The position numbers and the translations under genes were made by a program. Below, piece by piece: positions 24,917 to 38,064 of a stretch of DNA of 64,000 nucleotides (positions are counted from its first letter, which is position 1; each line of letters begins with the position of its first letter). The notes under the pieces are model-generated. The model saw only the letters and a list, made by a program, of their open reading frames with translations. It searched no databases and was not told the DNA's origin. This stretch comes from Curvularia clavata. Its lineage: Eukaryota. The stretch covers positions 1,488,001 to 1,552,000 of the forward strand of contig CP089276.1 in assembly GCA_023920165.1 (NCBI GenBank), in the 5' to 3' direction.

Positions 24917-25531
24917 ACACCTGCCGGGAAGAATAACGTTTGTGGTATGAGTTTACGAACAATGGGAGGAAAGCACTCTGACGGGAAAAGTTGAGTGTGA
25001 ATGCGTGTGCTCCCTGTGTCGGCGTCGTGGGAGTCTAGTTCGTGTTTTTTTTTTCAAAGTTTCTTCTGCTGGTATATTGCTCTTCGTTTGGGATGTGCAT
25101 CGACGAACGGCAGTGGTGGCGGCAGTGACATGTTTCGAAGGAGAGAAAGTGTGTAAGGAGAGAAAGAAGACGAGTGAGAGAGATAGAGTGGAGGGAACCC
25201 TACGATACCAAAGCACGGTTCTTTATTCATGGTTTTTCTCTCTAGGGCATCTTTTCTTTTCGGTTCCCCCCTTTTTTTCCTATCTGGTTAGTTTGGTTAC
25301 ATAGACCGATGGGAATCAGTGAATGTGTTTTTTCTTCTTCTTCTTAATTCTACATTTGAGAATGTATATTTGTTGTGATATGTGATTCAGACACTTCATG
25401 CAGCGAAACAAACGACGAAACGATATAGAGTCAATGTTTCAAGTCCATTTTTTACTTCTTCTTCCATAGACCCCTGGGAATCTACACCAATTTCACCTCG
25501 TCACAACACTAAACCCAGTTCCTACTCACAC

Positions 25532-28500
25532 TCACTTCCCCCTCCCACCAAACACACCCCAACCCGCCAGAATCTCTCGCTCACCCCAAAACATCCACTC
25601 ACCTTCGCCATACTTTGCAAGACCCTCTCTACGCCCTCTTTCGCTCAGTTCTCCCCACCGCATGAGCAAATTCCCATCAAGCATTCCCCTCGCACCCGTT
25701 CCGGCATCCCACCCTCCATCCGGGGTGTCGCTGGCGCGGAAAGCACGAGGGTTCAGGCCAGCGGTTGTGTCGAGCGTATTGGCCAGGTAAGCGCTGAGGT
25801 TAGATAGGCGGCGGTACGTGTCTTCGCTCAGGGGCGTGACGAGGGCGAGAGTACCCGATTGTGTTGTACAGAGGATTTGGTGGAGAAGGTCTTGTTGTTT
25901 CTCGTCGTTATCGGGTGAGGTATCCATTTCCATGTCGTTGTCGTTGTTTGCGGCCGCGAAGTCGGTGGCTGAAGGCATTTTGAGGCGCGAGTGGACGACA
26001 TGCATGGTTGAGGGGAAGTGGCCGGTGTGGAAGGTAGATTTGTGCAGGAGCCGGGATCCGGCTTCTGATTTAGGGTCTATAGGTGTGTTAGTGCACTGGA
26101 CACGGTAGCATCAGAGAGGAGTGCAGGTAAACTTACTATCAGGGTCGAATTGTAGAACTTGCAGGTTCATGTCTGCGTCTGCAACGACGAGATGGAGTTG
26201 TTCCTCAAACGGGAGGAAGTCAACTGCTACGGTTTCGAGACTGTGCTTGGAACGTGCGAAGAGCGACATTCTATATGGCTCTTCCTGTTCAATGGTTAAC
26301 AAGATGTAAAACAACCGTCGCACAAAGACAACTCACGGTATATCCGGTAAACCAAACCCCGCGGTATGCATCGCCCATAGCGAGCATACCTGTTCCAGGC
26401 AGGTTTTTCAGATCGCTAACATAACACTGCATGTCCATAAAGGCCACTGGGAGAAGAGTACCATCTTCTTTAAGACCTCGTACCATGCACTTTTGTCCTT
26501 GCGCCATGATCATGAATCCCTGCGTGCCGAGTTCTGAGAGGGCGGACACCGCACCTTTGACTTCATCTTTGACAATGAGCTTGAGACGCTTATTGGTCTC
26601 GGGACGGTCTGGCTCAGGGACGACAGTGATGACTTCAAAGATGCGGATACACCCCTTCGTCGCAAGGTCTTCACCGTGAAGAATTGCAGTACCCACTGCT
26701 ACAAGATCCTTGCGCTGGTGCGTGTTCTCGCTAACTTCGAGGTTGAGTGTCTTGATACTGAGAACCACTTCTTGTGGATCAAGAACATGAGTGTCGATAA
26801 TGGCCCAGGTCTTTTCATCTAGAAGTTTGATAATGCCACGCTCAATGGTTGGCTTGAAGGTCATGTCTTCCTTGGGCAATTCGTAATGATACGTCTCGGT
26901 CGGATCTAACTGGTATTCCTCAGCCTGTCCTGTGCCAACAATGTATAAGCCCGAGGAATGGTAGGCGAGGGCGTGGATTTCAGCATCCATGGGCATGCGC
27001 CGTGTTGCCCAGCCCAAATGACCGTAGTGTGTTTGTGGCGGAAGTTGAGAGATACGAAGCGTATCGGTAGAGTCTAGGTACGCGAAACCACGCTGGCAGC
27101 TGGATGTGTGAAACGATGTCAGACTCTTTACCGGCTTGCCGCTCAGGCCAATGACACGCGGTGCACTTGAAGACTCCTTGAAGATGAATGCCGGGGTAGT
27201 GCCTCTTTGGAAGACAGTGCTGTAGCCACCAATATCTCCCAACGCCAAAAGAGTACTCTCGAAGCCAGGGTCTTCCGCACCCCCGTCTTCGGTGTATCGT
27301 GGTATATGCTGTTGAGAGACCTTGACCCATCGCAGGTTCTTCGTCCATAGATCGGCGGCTGAACGTGATGGACAATGGAAGGCTTTGTAGATGATGAGGT
27401 TATCGCTCGATGTGCGGACAATCAGGTGTGGTGACTTGATCGTCGAGTCACCTAGGTCCGCAGCCAAGATCTCTGTGATAGTGGCTTTTGTGGCGCCCCG
27501 CTTGGGGCCATAATCCATTGTCAGAACAGGTGGAAGGAAGCTCAAAGTTTCAGCGACATAACATGGCTTCTCCATGTCCGACACTGCAAACACACGAAGG
27601 CCTCCCTCAGGTGTAAGAAGGAAAGCGAATACTTCTGTGAAGCTAACAGACTTGAATAAGCTTGCTGAAAGCCATTGTGTGCCGGATAAGCCAGAGGCTT
27701 CAACATCCTCGAGCTCACCATCACCAGTAGCTTTGAAGATCTTGACACTAGAGTCCTCACGTAAGATCAGGAGGTATGGGTCCGCGAAGCTGGCGTTGAT
27801 GACATTGAGTTCGTTGCCGCTTTCTTCATCCTCCATGGGGAGAATCTGGTCCATGTTGAGTTCTGAGAAGTTGTTTAGCTATTGTGTTACATGCTTTGCC
27901 TACAAGCGGTAGCCTACCTGAGTCGTAGGTACGAACCTCTGTCCGCATTACCTGTACGACCTTTGTGCCTGCTGCCAGTACGCCAACAAACAGCGTTGAG
28001 CCTTCTTCTCGTTCAAAATCACCCTTGTCAGTTTCAGTGAGTTCGTTGCCATTGACTTCATACACTACGGTGCTTTCAGTACCGTCCTCGCCGGTCCTGG
28101 ATACGACGAGGTACTGGTCGTAGTCTACATCAGTGGCCATGTTGGCTTCCATGTCTTCACCAAAAGCAGCAGTGACATCTCCAGGCGCCTGTTTTCGGGC
28201 ATGGACAGCCCAGGTACCATGGGCGGATGGTAGTTGTTTTGTAGCTACGGTGACAGGATGGAGCTCACGGTTCAGGGTCGTTATGGCACCGGCAGCTCCT
28301 CTCCCGGTCGCGAGCATTATCTCGCCCCTGTTCAATGACTCAGTGTCCTTTCCTGGATGTAGGACAGCGCCCTTGATCGGTGATATGCTGGGTAATGTAT
28401 CATGGATACGGAAGCTGTAGGTCCCTGGCGCTGTGGGCTCCGAGGCAGCAGCAGTGATCTTTTGAACGGCTGGCGGTGTGTCGTTGTAAAGGTCGTCTTC

Positions 28501-29916
28501 CAAGTCTTCCATATCCTCCTCATCAGACATGTCTTCGTCAGTGTCAATATCAGCGTTGGATTGTTTTCGTCGCAAGTGACTTGAGGTGCTAGTCCAGCCC
28601 AGCATCACGGACTCTCCATCCTCACTTCCAACGAAGAGGCGACCTCGTCCCAGGTTGCTTGTGCAAGAGGCGGCAGCTTTGAGGAGGTGGCCACCGTGGT
28701 CTGCCGCAACAGGGTGAATAGTCATGCCCGATACAGTACGACCGTCGAGCGTAAAGGTAAGAACAAGGAGACGTCCATTGTTGAGCACGATTAGTACATC
28801 ACCGGCTTCTTGAGATAGAAGCTCAATACTGCACCCTTCAAGTCGCAAGGCCAGGTCTGATTGGTCGCTCAATGGGAAAGCAGTGCACGCTTTGGCGAAC
28901 TCATTCACAGCCACACCATTTGTCTTGCCTCCCTGGTCAACATGTATAACCTCATTAGCTCCCACCAATAGGGCACCGCCAATAGGCGAGGGCAATGGCA
29001 CCACTCTGGTAATATCGTATGGTAGGCCAGAGACAGACAGAAGCGTAGTCGAGGCCTTTTGCTCGAGATCCAGCGTGAAGACGGAATATGTGAGGATGTC
29101 TTTTCGGTGGGCGAGTAGTGAGGGAGCGGTATCCCGGGAGGCCGCAACAATGCCGAACGTGGGCTCGCGGTACTCGTGCAGAAAGGCGAGGTGGACGGGG
29201 TGTGTGAGGGTGGGGTCGAGGTTTGTGAGCGGGAGGACAAAGGAAGAGGAGTAGGGCGTCGTGCGCTGGGCGTCGGCGGCATTTGGCTGCTCAGCCTTGG
29301 TCTCTTTGGGACCCTCTGCATCCGAGTCGTAGTCATCTTCGACGAGATCACGCTGGCGAAAGGGAAGAATGGCGAGGTTGTGGGTGCCAAACTTGAGGGC
29401 GGCACACCTGCTGCTGGGATCTGCCGTCAAGAAGTTGTACGTGTCTTTGACATCAGCGGACCAAGGAGCAATGCCGGGCAAGTCTGGATTCTCATAGTAG
29501 TGTATTGATATTGTATGGAGGCTGTACGACTCGGGATCCCACTCGACCAGACTCAGCTTTGCGTCCCGAAACGCTATCAGCAACGCCTCGCCCTTTGACC
29601 TTGTGTTGAGCGCCTTCACGCGCGCCAGTGACACGACTGTGCCAGCGAGGGGGAACTCGCCGACCAGGACCAGCTTGGCGGTGCTCTCAGTGCGCTGCAA
29701 TGGCACATCAGCCGCCTCCGTGTCCAGATTCGCAGCCGCATTCTCCGCCTCATCCCCTCCGCCCGGCGTGACTTCTGTGGTGGTCGACTTGAGCTCAAAG
29801 ACCTGGAGCAATGTGTTCTTGGCAACGACCAAATTGTTGGACCTGGCGTGCAGCAGGGGGAGGTGGATGGCATGGCTGACGGCCGTGGGCGGGGCTATTT
29901 CAGTGTAGCACTGCAT
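25532..29916 (-). CDS. CFT1: Cleavage and polyadenylation factor subunit Cft1 (CPSF160); 3 introns
   Basis: '[13 protein letters not shown]', 'AKLSLVEWD…HTISIHYYE', '[12 protein letters not shown]', 'GEDLATKG', '[15 protein letters not shown]', 'EEPYRM', 'AGLNPRAFR…LDGNLL'. Confidence 0.94.
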
Positions 29917-30276
29917 GGCGATGGTAGGGCGCCTGAGCGGCTCCTCTCATGGCAGGACGGGGGTGGGCGAGGGGCAGTGCTGGAGGGCGATAGTGCCCGC
30001 GATAGTTTGTCTGGTGTTGAGGCGCGTCGAGACAGGCGGCGTGGGCCAGTCTTCGCTAGCGCGTCGGAGCTCTGACCCCTGTGCATGTGCATGCATCATC
30101 CCCGCCCCCGGTTGCGACAGGGACGTCATCCTGCCGCTGGGCTTGGGCTGCGCTTGTAACAGCAGCAGCAGTAGCGGCGGCACACCAACAACCAAGAAAA
30201 CAGGCTGCTGTCGACCTGTTCTCTGTTGCTCCATCGCAGCAGAACTCCTTCAATCACCTGTACCAGAACGCCTGCC

Positions 30277-32108
30277 ATGGCCCTCATCCAGACCAGCCTC
30301 ATCTGGGTCGCCTACGCCGTTGCCGTTGCCATCCTCTTCATCATCGCGTCCACCTTTGTCTACGTCTACCAGAAGCCGCGCGATCGCGCTGCCGCCGTCA
30401 CCATTGTCTGCATCTTCACTACGCTTGCTCTACTTGCTACTGTCCTGCTGATTCCAGTTGATGTCGCCCTCGTCTCCTCCACGTCTAGATCCAGCCTAGG
30501 CCGCAAGAAGGATTGGGCCACACCCGAGAAAGTCGACAGCATCCTCTACACTCTGCGCGTCGTCTACTACACACTGTACTCGCTCGATGCCCTTCTCTGT
30601 CTGCTAGTGATTCCATTCACCTACTTCTGGTATGAGGAGTATGACGAGGATGCTGCAGAGCATGGGGAGCAGACGGCTGGCCAGCGCATTGCTGGTGCTA
30701 TCAAGTGGACGCTTGGTTTCCTCGTCTTTGTCGTCGCCATCTTCCTCGTAGGCTTCTTCGTTCCCTTTGCGAAACAGGCAAAGGACGACAAACGCCTCGA
30801 CCTCGACTATTTCAAGCACCTGCTGTCCGAGAACCGTACGTAGGCCCAAGATCAATTGCAGGAACACGAGCTAACACTTCCCTTCCAGATGGCGAGCGCG
30901 CCCTCTCTTTTGCCCTTGGCTTGCTCATCACCGTGGGCACCGTCCTGTACGTCCTCTACACTGGCGCCGGAATGGCGCTTCTGCCTGTTGCCATGATCAA
31001 GTCCGCACCTTCCATCTCAGCTCCCACGCTCGCTGCAAACACTGCCTCCCAGCTCGAGACCAACCGCGAGCGCCAGCGCCAGCTCGAAGGCCGCAACCAG
31101 GGACGTGAAGGCGGACTGGATAGCAGGGACAGGCGCGAGTTGGAGGCCTTGGTTCGCGAGGAGCGCACGCTGATCCGCCGTGAACGCCTTGCGCACGAGT
31201 CTAGCGGCGAGGACCGCCATTGGATCATCAAGGCCTGGATCAGGACAGAGGCCTTTTTCCGTCCGCTCAAGCTCCTTGGCGGACTCATCCTCCTCGTCTT
31301 TGCCCTGGTCATTTTCGCGAGCATGCTCATCACCGGCATTGACAAGGCCAAGAACTCCATCTGTGGCGCTCACTGCGGATATATCCTCGGGCACATCAAC
31401 ATTCTCCAGCCTCTTAACTGGATCCTTGTCAAGTCTTCTAAAGTCTTCCCCGTTGACTATGTCCTATTCCTGCTCCTTGTCCTCTTCTTCTTTTCTGCAT
31501 CCATTGTTGGCATCGCCACAGTCGGTATCCGCTTCCTCTGGATCACCATCTTCAAAATTCGCAAAGGCCACACTTCGCCCCAGGCCCTTCTTATGGCTAC
31601 TGTTCTCCTCACACTTATCGTCCTTGCAATCAACTACTCTGTTGCAATGGTTGTCGCTCCTCAGTACGCTACCTGGGGCCCGCAAACCTACTGCGACATG
31701 AAGACCAACAGCCTCGACGAGCAACCCGACTGCACTGAGCACAAGAGTCTCATCAAGCCCTGTAGCGAACTTGCTACAAACCCCGCAGCACAGCAGGTTT
31801 GCACGCCGTCTGTTCTCAGCACCTTCATCAACCGCGTCACCATCAACTTCCCATTCTTCGGCGTTGTTCTCTTCTGGGCCCAGTTTGCCTTCTTGGGTGT
31901 GTATTTGATCGTCTTCGTCACCACACTCTTCAGGGCGCCTACCCTTGACCAGGAGCAAATCGATCGTGATCTCGAAGAGGAGGAGGAAGAGGGCCTGCTT
32001 GCGAGCACGGGTCGGAGGTTTGGCGCCGCATGGAGTGACGCTACTGGCCGGGCCAAGCCTGCCACTACTGCCTATGGCGCTACCAATTCGAGGAATGAGG
32101 TAAATTAG
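30277..32108 (+). CDS. LMBR1/LMBD1-family multi-pass membrane protein (probable lysosomal cobalamin transporter homolog); intron ~30836-30888
   Basis: Multiple TM helices, '[12 protein letters not shown]', '[13 protein letters not shown]', '[10 protein letters not shown]', 'CGAHCGY', 'FPVDY', 'TSPQALL', '[13 protein letters not shown]'. Confidence 0.88.
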
Positions 32109-32557
32109 CAGCTTGTAGATTTCCTACATTAGGTATGAACTAGGATCGAAATTGTTTTCCTTGTGTTGGGTTGTGGTGTTGGGAGGTATACATCACCTTC
32201 TCCTGTATTTGTTACTGTTGTCTTTAGTCGTCAGTTCTCGGTTCGGTCAATTTTCTGTATTCTTGTTTGTATACAAATGTAAAAGCAGGGTTTCTCCCTA
32301 TTGTCAAGGCGTTTACGTATTAGTGCTCACATCCAATTGCTTACGTTTGTTGGACACGCAACGTAAATGGGCCGGCAATATCCCCACTCATCGCTCACCA
32401 GCGCGTTTGATAGACACGTGATACGTATATCTGTATTCGCCTGACAACAGCACGTCTTTTACAACACATTCCTCCAAACACGCCTCACACAAACACATCT
32501 TCTTGTAGAGCGCTGTCGAACACAAACCGTCTAGCAAAGGATATCCGACCCGTCTCA

Positions 32558-33895
32558 ATGTCCGCAATGGCAAACCCTTCCCCCCTCCCCGCCCATGGGA
32601 GCACATCTCCAAACGCAGCCAGCCTCAGCGGCATCCCAGATGAGCTCCTTCTCAATATCATTGTCCATCTTCATGACGATGAAGATGCTTTGGCTAAACT
32701 TTGCCGTACAGATAAACGCTGCAAGCGCTTTGCACAGGAAGTGCTATATGGATTCATAAGGAAGGACCGGGCCGCACGCGCAGTCGCTCGCTGGCCATGG
32801 TTGGCCAAAGATGTACGTTTTCTTGAATGTTGGCTTCAGGAACCGACTGACAAAGAAATTTACCTTCGTATTCTCGAATATGCTTGTGGTGTTCGAGGCA
32901 TCAGAATGGATCTGAGGCATTACAAATTCAGTATCCAACCGATGGTATTGGCTTGCCTCGGATTGTTCAACAAAGCTGTCGATCGGCCTATGGATTCCCC
33001 CAACCAATTTTCCCGGCTCAAATACATTCTTATAGGCAACGGATCGCTTTTGGCCAGTCCTCTTCCGATGAAGAATATGTCTACCCTGTTTCGTCTTCCA
33101 GCCCTGGAACATCTTCGGCTGAGAGGTTTCTACCAGACAACGCCATTCAGGGACTGGACCGTATCAACCTCGACCTCCTCTATCAAGTGTCTCTGGATTT
33201 TCGACTCCATGATGGACGTGACTGCCGTTGTACAGATGGTTCAATCGGTCAAGGCTCTGCAAAATTTCGGTTACGAATACAGCACTAGGCATTGGGAGCC
33301 GTTCGGAAGAGAAGACATTCCAGTTTCACACTTGCCAGCACACTTCTGGAAGCCTCTAGGTGATGCCATGAAGCAACACCAGTATTCTTTGAAATGCTTG
33401 AAAGCTTTTGAGACAGTTGACAAAGCCCTCGCACACAATGGATATCCTGATGGCAGAAACGTAGGCTTCTTCGGTTCCTTTGCTGACTTTCCCCAGCTCG
33501 AGCATATTCACCTTCCGATTGAAAGTCTTCTCGACATCCAGGCGGGCGAAGACGATCTGTCCCGGTACCTCCCCAAACAGCTGCTTCATTTCTCTGGCAT
33601 TATTGACTCATCAAACCCATAATTCTGTGGTTGCGCTGCCTCGGCGATTCTATCCCTGAGGCGTGACCCTGAGCTCAGCGGTCTCCAAAACCTGAGTGTT
33701 TATTTTCGCGTAAGGGTTACAAATGATGTCGGCCTGTCGCCGTATCTTGATGTACCCTTCGAACAACTAGAGGCTGCTGGAGTCGACATGTATGTCGATA
33801 GCTATGGTAAATCCATCATCAGAAGCATCCAAAAATGCAAAGCCTGGTTGGATGTCGTAGAGATCGAGTCAGAAGAATCGGAAGAGTCGGGATAA
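32558..33895 (+). pseudogene. F-box-like/LRR-type protein interrupted by in-frame TAA at 33620-33622 (either a truncated allele or a pseudogene)
   Basis: N-terminal F-box-like 'LSGIPDELLLNIIVHL…LAKLCRTDKR…AQEVLY' and LRR-like 'LPALEHLRL', 'FPQLEHIHLP'. The same frame stays open for 90 more codons after the stop, to TAA 33893-33895. Confidence 0.65.
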
Positions 33896-34505
33896 GAGTC
33901 GGGGTTCAATGGTACTATGTGCGGACTTTTTGTTATGGGTTTGTGGCGAATATAACTGAGTGTAGTATAGTAAAGGACAGGATGTAGTACCAAACATAAC
34001 TACTACAGTATGCGCGAATGAGAAGTTGACACTATGATAAGGCTCTTGACAGAATTTATGATCCACATCCCCGTAGTATGGGACCAAATCAACCAGTGCT
34101 TTCCAGGATGTCGCAGCACCAGAACCCCCTTGTCTTCTCGAATATCCTTAGAACTATATCGCGCCTGTATGAACGGGCCCGTGAATCAGAATACCGATGT
34201 CTTCTCCTCGGTTCAAGCGGGTTCTTCCAAGCATCTGTTCGAATAGCTTTGTGCGTGCCAATGCTCAACGCCGAGAGTCCACATCTTTGCACATTCCAGT
34301 TTCGTATCTTCGACCCATCATGTTATCTTCTGAACCTGGTTGCCGACGCCCTGACCCAGGAAATTCGTAGCGATCTCCGTGCCGGGCCGATGGATAGACT
34401 CTTGGACGTTACTAGGTGGCTGTGATTCGCGAGTCATTGCGTGCCAGATTTCCGCGACTGCGGCCTAGCAACTCTGGGGCGACAAGACCCGCTACACCTG
34501 GGGAA

Positions 34506-34811
34506 TATCGACCTTCCGAATATGCTGTTTATCTTGTGCCAGTGGTTGGTTCGTCTGCGTCATGGCCAAGACTATACTACAGACCGTGCCTGGTCGGTCC
34601 CAGTGCCGACATGTCGGGCAACGCCCTGTGATCGAAGCGCAAGCTGACAGCGTCCAAGTGTTTCTTCTTGGCGAAGGCTCTTAAACTTCCTAGACTACCT
34701 TCTAGAAAGCGTTAGCAGCTATCTGCACTGTCACATGACCGTGGATTCGCAGCTCTGTAGAGAAGTCCTGGTAGAGACGTTCGTCACGTGACAGTATCGA
34801 CCTTCCGAATA
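34506..34811 (+). repeat. 17-bp direct repeat TATCGACCTTCCGAATA (34506-34522 and 34795-34811)
   Basis: Exact duplicate read in the sequence, each followed by loosely similar sequence (…GCCAA(G)ACTAT…CAGAC…). Confidence 0.8.
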
Positions 34812-35008
34812 GAGCATGAATGCCAAACTATGCCCAGACGGTAACCAATTTACCAAGACCGATAATATCGAGTAGAGTAAAAGTGTGGCAATGCGTTCGG
34901 AGGACAAGAGAAGCGGTAACTCAGCGACAGCATGCTTTTATATATTGCTACCGGGCTTCGTCGAAACTTGCTCATTCCAGCTCAATTGCCCTCTTCACCT
35001 CCGCCAAT

Positions 35009-36731
35009 ATGAAGCTTTCGGTAGCTGCGCTAGCTCTTCCCATTGCGGTCCAGGCTGCACACTTCTCCAAGTCGGAGTATGCTTCTGGACAAATTCACCA
35101 GAAGCTGATGAAGCTGAAGACTGTACGATTAACCCTTCCTCTTGTTGCTTTGTCTGGCCATTTACTAACTGTATTCAAGGAGCAATGGGAGCGCGATTCA
35201 GCAGAGGGCAAGCAAGACTCCCTTCAATGGACGTCTTTCAAGAGCTCGAAGAAGGGAGCGTGGGCACCGGGTCGTCCAAACGACAACCGTGTGCCTTGCA
35301 AAGACGGTCTTGCTATAGTTGAACAAGGAAATGCCAACCAGACCTTTCGTTGCAAGAACGTTAGTACAATGTTACTAAACCTCAAAGACTTGCCTATACT
35401 AACCACAACCAGATGGACCTTTACGACTTCGTTAGCCACGCCGATCTAGGTGGTCTTGAAGGCCAAGGAAGTTCTTCCTGGGGTTGGACTGCTCCTAATG
35501 GCCGTGAGTTCGGTATCGTGGGCCAGTTCTCTGGTGCTGCCTTTGTTGAAGTCCTCAAGAATGGACAGATGCAGTACTTGGGTCGTCTCCCAGCACAGAG
35601 TGTCGGCTCACGATGGCGGGAAATCCGTGTGTTGAACGATTGGGCTATTATTGGCAGCGAGGCTGTTGGCCACAACGTTCAAAGTAAGTTGATTGTCTAA
35701 CCCTAAATATGACCGAAGAACACTACTCATACAAGCGCAGTCTTCGACATGAAGAAGCTTCTGGACATCGATCCTGCATCCCCTAAGGTCTTTGATCCCA
35801 AAACCGACCTCGTTGGACTCTTCGACGAGCTTCCCATTGGCCGCACGCATAACGTCGTCGTCGACTGGGACAACGAGTACATTCTCGCCGTCGGCGCCCA
35901 GCCGCGCAACGAAACCTGCAAGTCTGGTCTAAAGTACATCGACCTCTCCAACCCCAGCAAGCCCACATCCCCCGGCTGCGCCAGCCAAGACGGCTACGTC
36001 CACGACGCCCAGTGCGTTCGTTACAACGGCCCAGACGCCTCTTTCCGCGGCCGCAACATTTGCATTGGCTACAACGAAGACACCCTCACTGTCTACGACT
36101 CTACCTTCAAGGACGGCAACCCAGCCTCTGAGGTCCTCTCTACCCTCTCGTACCCCGGCGCAACCTACTGCCACCAGGGCTGGTGGACCGAAAGCAACTG
36201 GCACCAATACGTGCTTCTCAACGACGAGCTCGACGAAGTCGAAGCCGTTGGCCCCGGTGCTTCTGGCCGTCCCGTAACCCACATCATCGACCTGACGGAT
36301 CTGCGCAATCCCAAGGCCACTGGAACGTTCTTCGCCACCGACACGAAGGCTATCGACCACAACCTTTACATTGTAGACGGTCTTGCGTACCAGAGCAACT
36401 ACGGCGCTGGCATTTGGGTCCACGACGTGCGATCCATCAGCAAGGATCCTACCGGCAAGGGTGTTTCAGTCGAGGGCTTCTTCGACATTTATCCCGAAGA
36501 CGATGCTGTCGGTGGTATTGTCCAGTTTGTGGGTACCTGGTCGCATTTTTTGTTTCCCTCTGGTTATGTGCTTGTCAGTAAGTTGAACCTATACTACTCC
36601 GACAGAAACGCAGTTTTAGATGCTGACTGGATTGATCAACAGACACCATTGAGCGCGGTGCTTTCACGGTTAAGTTGGCAAAGGGCCGCGGTGCGAAGCG
36701 CGGAAGGGGATTCGGTGGAAAGTCGAGATAA
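35009..36731 (+). CDS. Secreted choice-of-anchor B family-like (beta-propeller) protein; 4 introns
   Basis: Signal peptide MKLSVAALALPIAVQA, 'FRCKN/MDLYDF', 'GSSSWGWT…GREF', 'YLGRLP…WREIR', 'GRTHNVV', 'DGYVHDAQC', 'YNEDTLT', 'HQGWW', 'IDHNLY…QSNYGAG', final exon 'NTIERGAFTVK'. Confidence 0.8.
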
Positions 36732-38064
36732 GCGTGGTTTTGATGGATTAATGAAAAAGATCACATGCGAAGTACTGCATGAATGTGCTTTTAGGTTTTC
36801 TTGTAAATATGTAGCAAACTATGATTTTGCGATCTTGAATGCTTGTTTTCCTTTGGGAAATCCCACTTTCTCACTTTTGCAAGCTCTAGGTCAAGAGCGC
36901 GATACTGTCACGATGATTCACAGGGGTCAATACTGAGTGTATACAGCCCAACTAAACTTTCACACCTCACCGTATATGCACTTGCGGTTCTTGCCTTCCT
37001 GTCTTACCACAAAAAGGTACATGTACATCTAACACAGCTGTCTACATCGTATACCCAATCCTTGTCGCCGGGAAAGTCTCTCCGACTGAGGCGACTATTG
37101 TGAAGTATACTGCGTAAGCACCGGGATGAAAAGCTGGGGTAATACTCATTTCATCCGTGTTTATTTGCGTATGCAGTAGAAGACATGGGAACGATAAGAC
37201 GGTTCTGATATACATGGGTATGAAGAGCAGAGTTGGAGACCAGTTGGAGACATGCACCGGTGAGATCTGAGTGGCAATGTGGGGATGACATGAGTGGCGG
37301 AGTTTGAGTTTCCTCTACTGGGGTGTCCATGCATACAGTGTACTCGGATAAGATACACACTTACACTGCGACCCTTCGGCTGTTTCGGTCGGGGAAGCGG
37401 GTGTTTTGAACGTAAAAGTTTGTTTAGTCGATCTCGTAGGGGTAGGAAACAACCCTGCGGATGTAAGCATAAACGTCTACGCAAGCACACATACGTCATT
37501 GTCTGTTCTACCCTGTCGAACTTGGTAGACGGCTGTGATTGGAGGTGTCAGTCCATGTGAGTTTCAGGTAGCGGATTAGCATGAAAACTTTACTTTTCGC
37601 CTTGTCACAGTCACAGTACATTCATTGGCTCGGCGAATAGAATGATGCTTTCTGCATTCATGGTATGAGAATAATACTAGTAATGTTGTTCGAAGACAAC
37701 AGGAAAATGTACGCGCTAACGACAGATGACCGCCCAACCCACTTGCTATGCGACAATATGAAAAGGGAGTAAGGAAAAAAAAGCTACAACAGACGTACAG
37801 AGGCCTAGCTCATTAGCTCGACCGGTAAAACGCACGAAAACATAACGTGCAAGAACGCATTTTGCTTTTTCCCACAAAAGACCCTTCTTTCAAATGACGG
37901 TTTGTCAGTAGAGATAACTCGGGGTAAAGGAGGAAAAAGTAAAAACGCCATGGACAGAATGCAACAATAGCAATCGACGCCAGATTTCCTATGCAGAAAG
38001 GTGACTAGAAAACGTGGTCGGTGGTTCGGCGTAAACAGAAAAAGGCTTGCGGAACAGAGAATGT

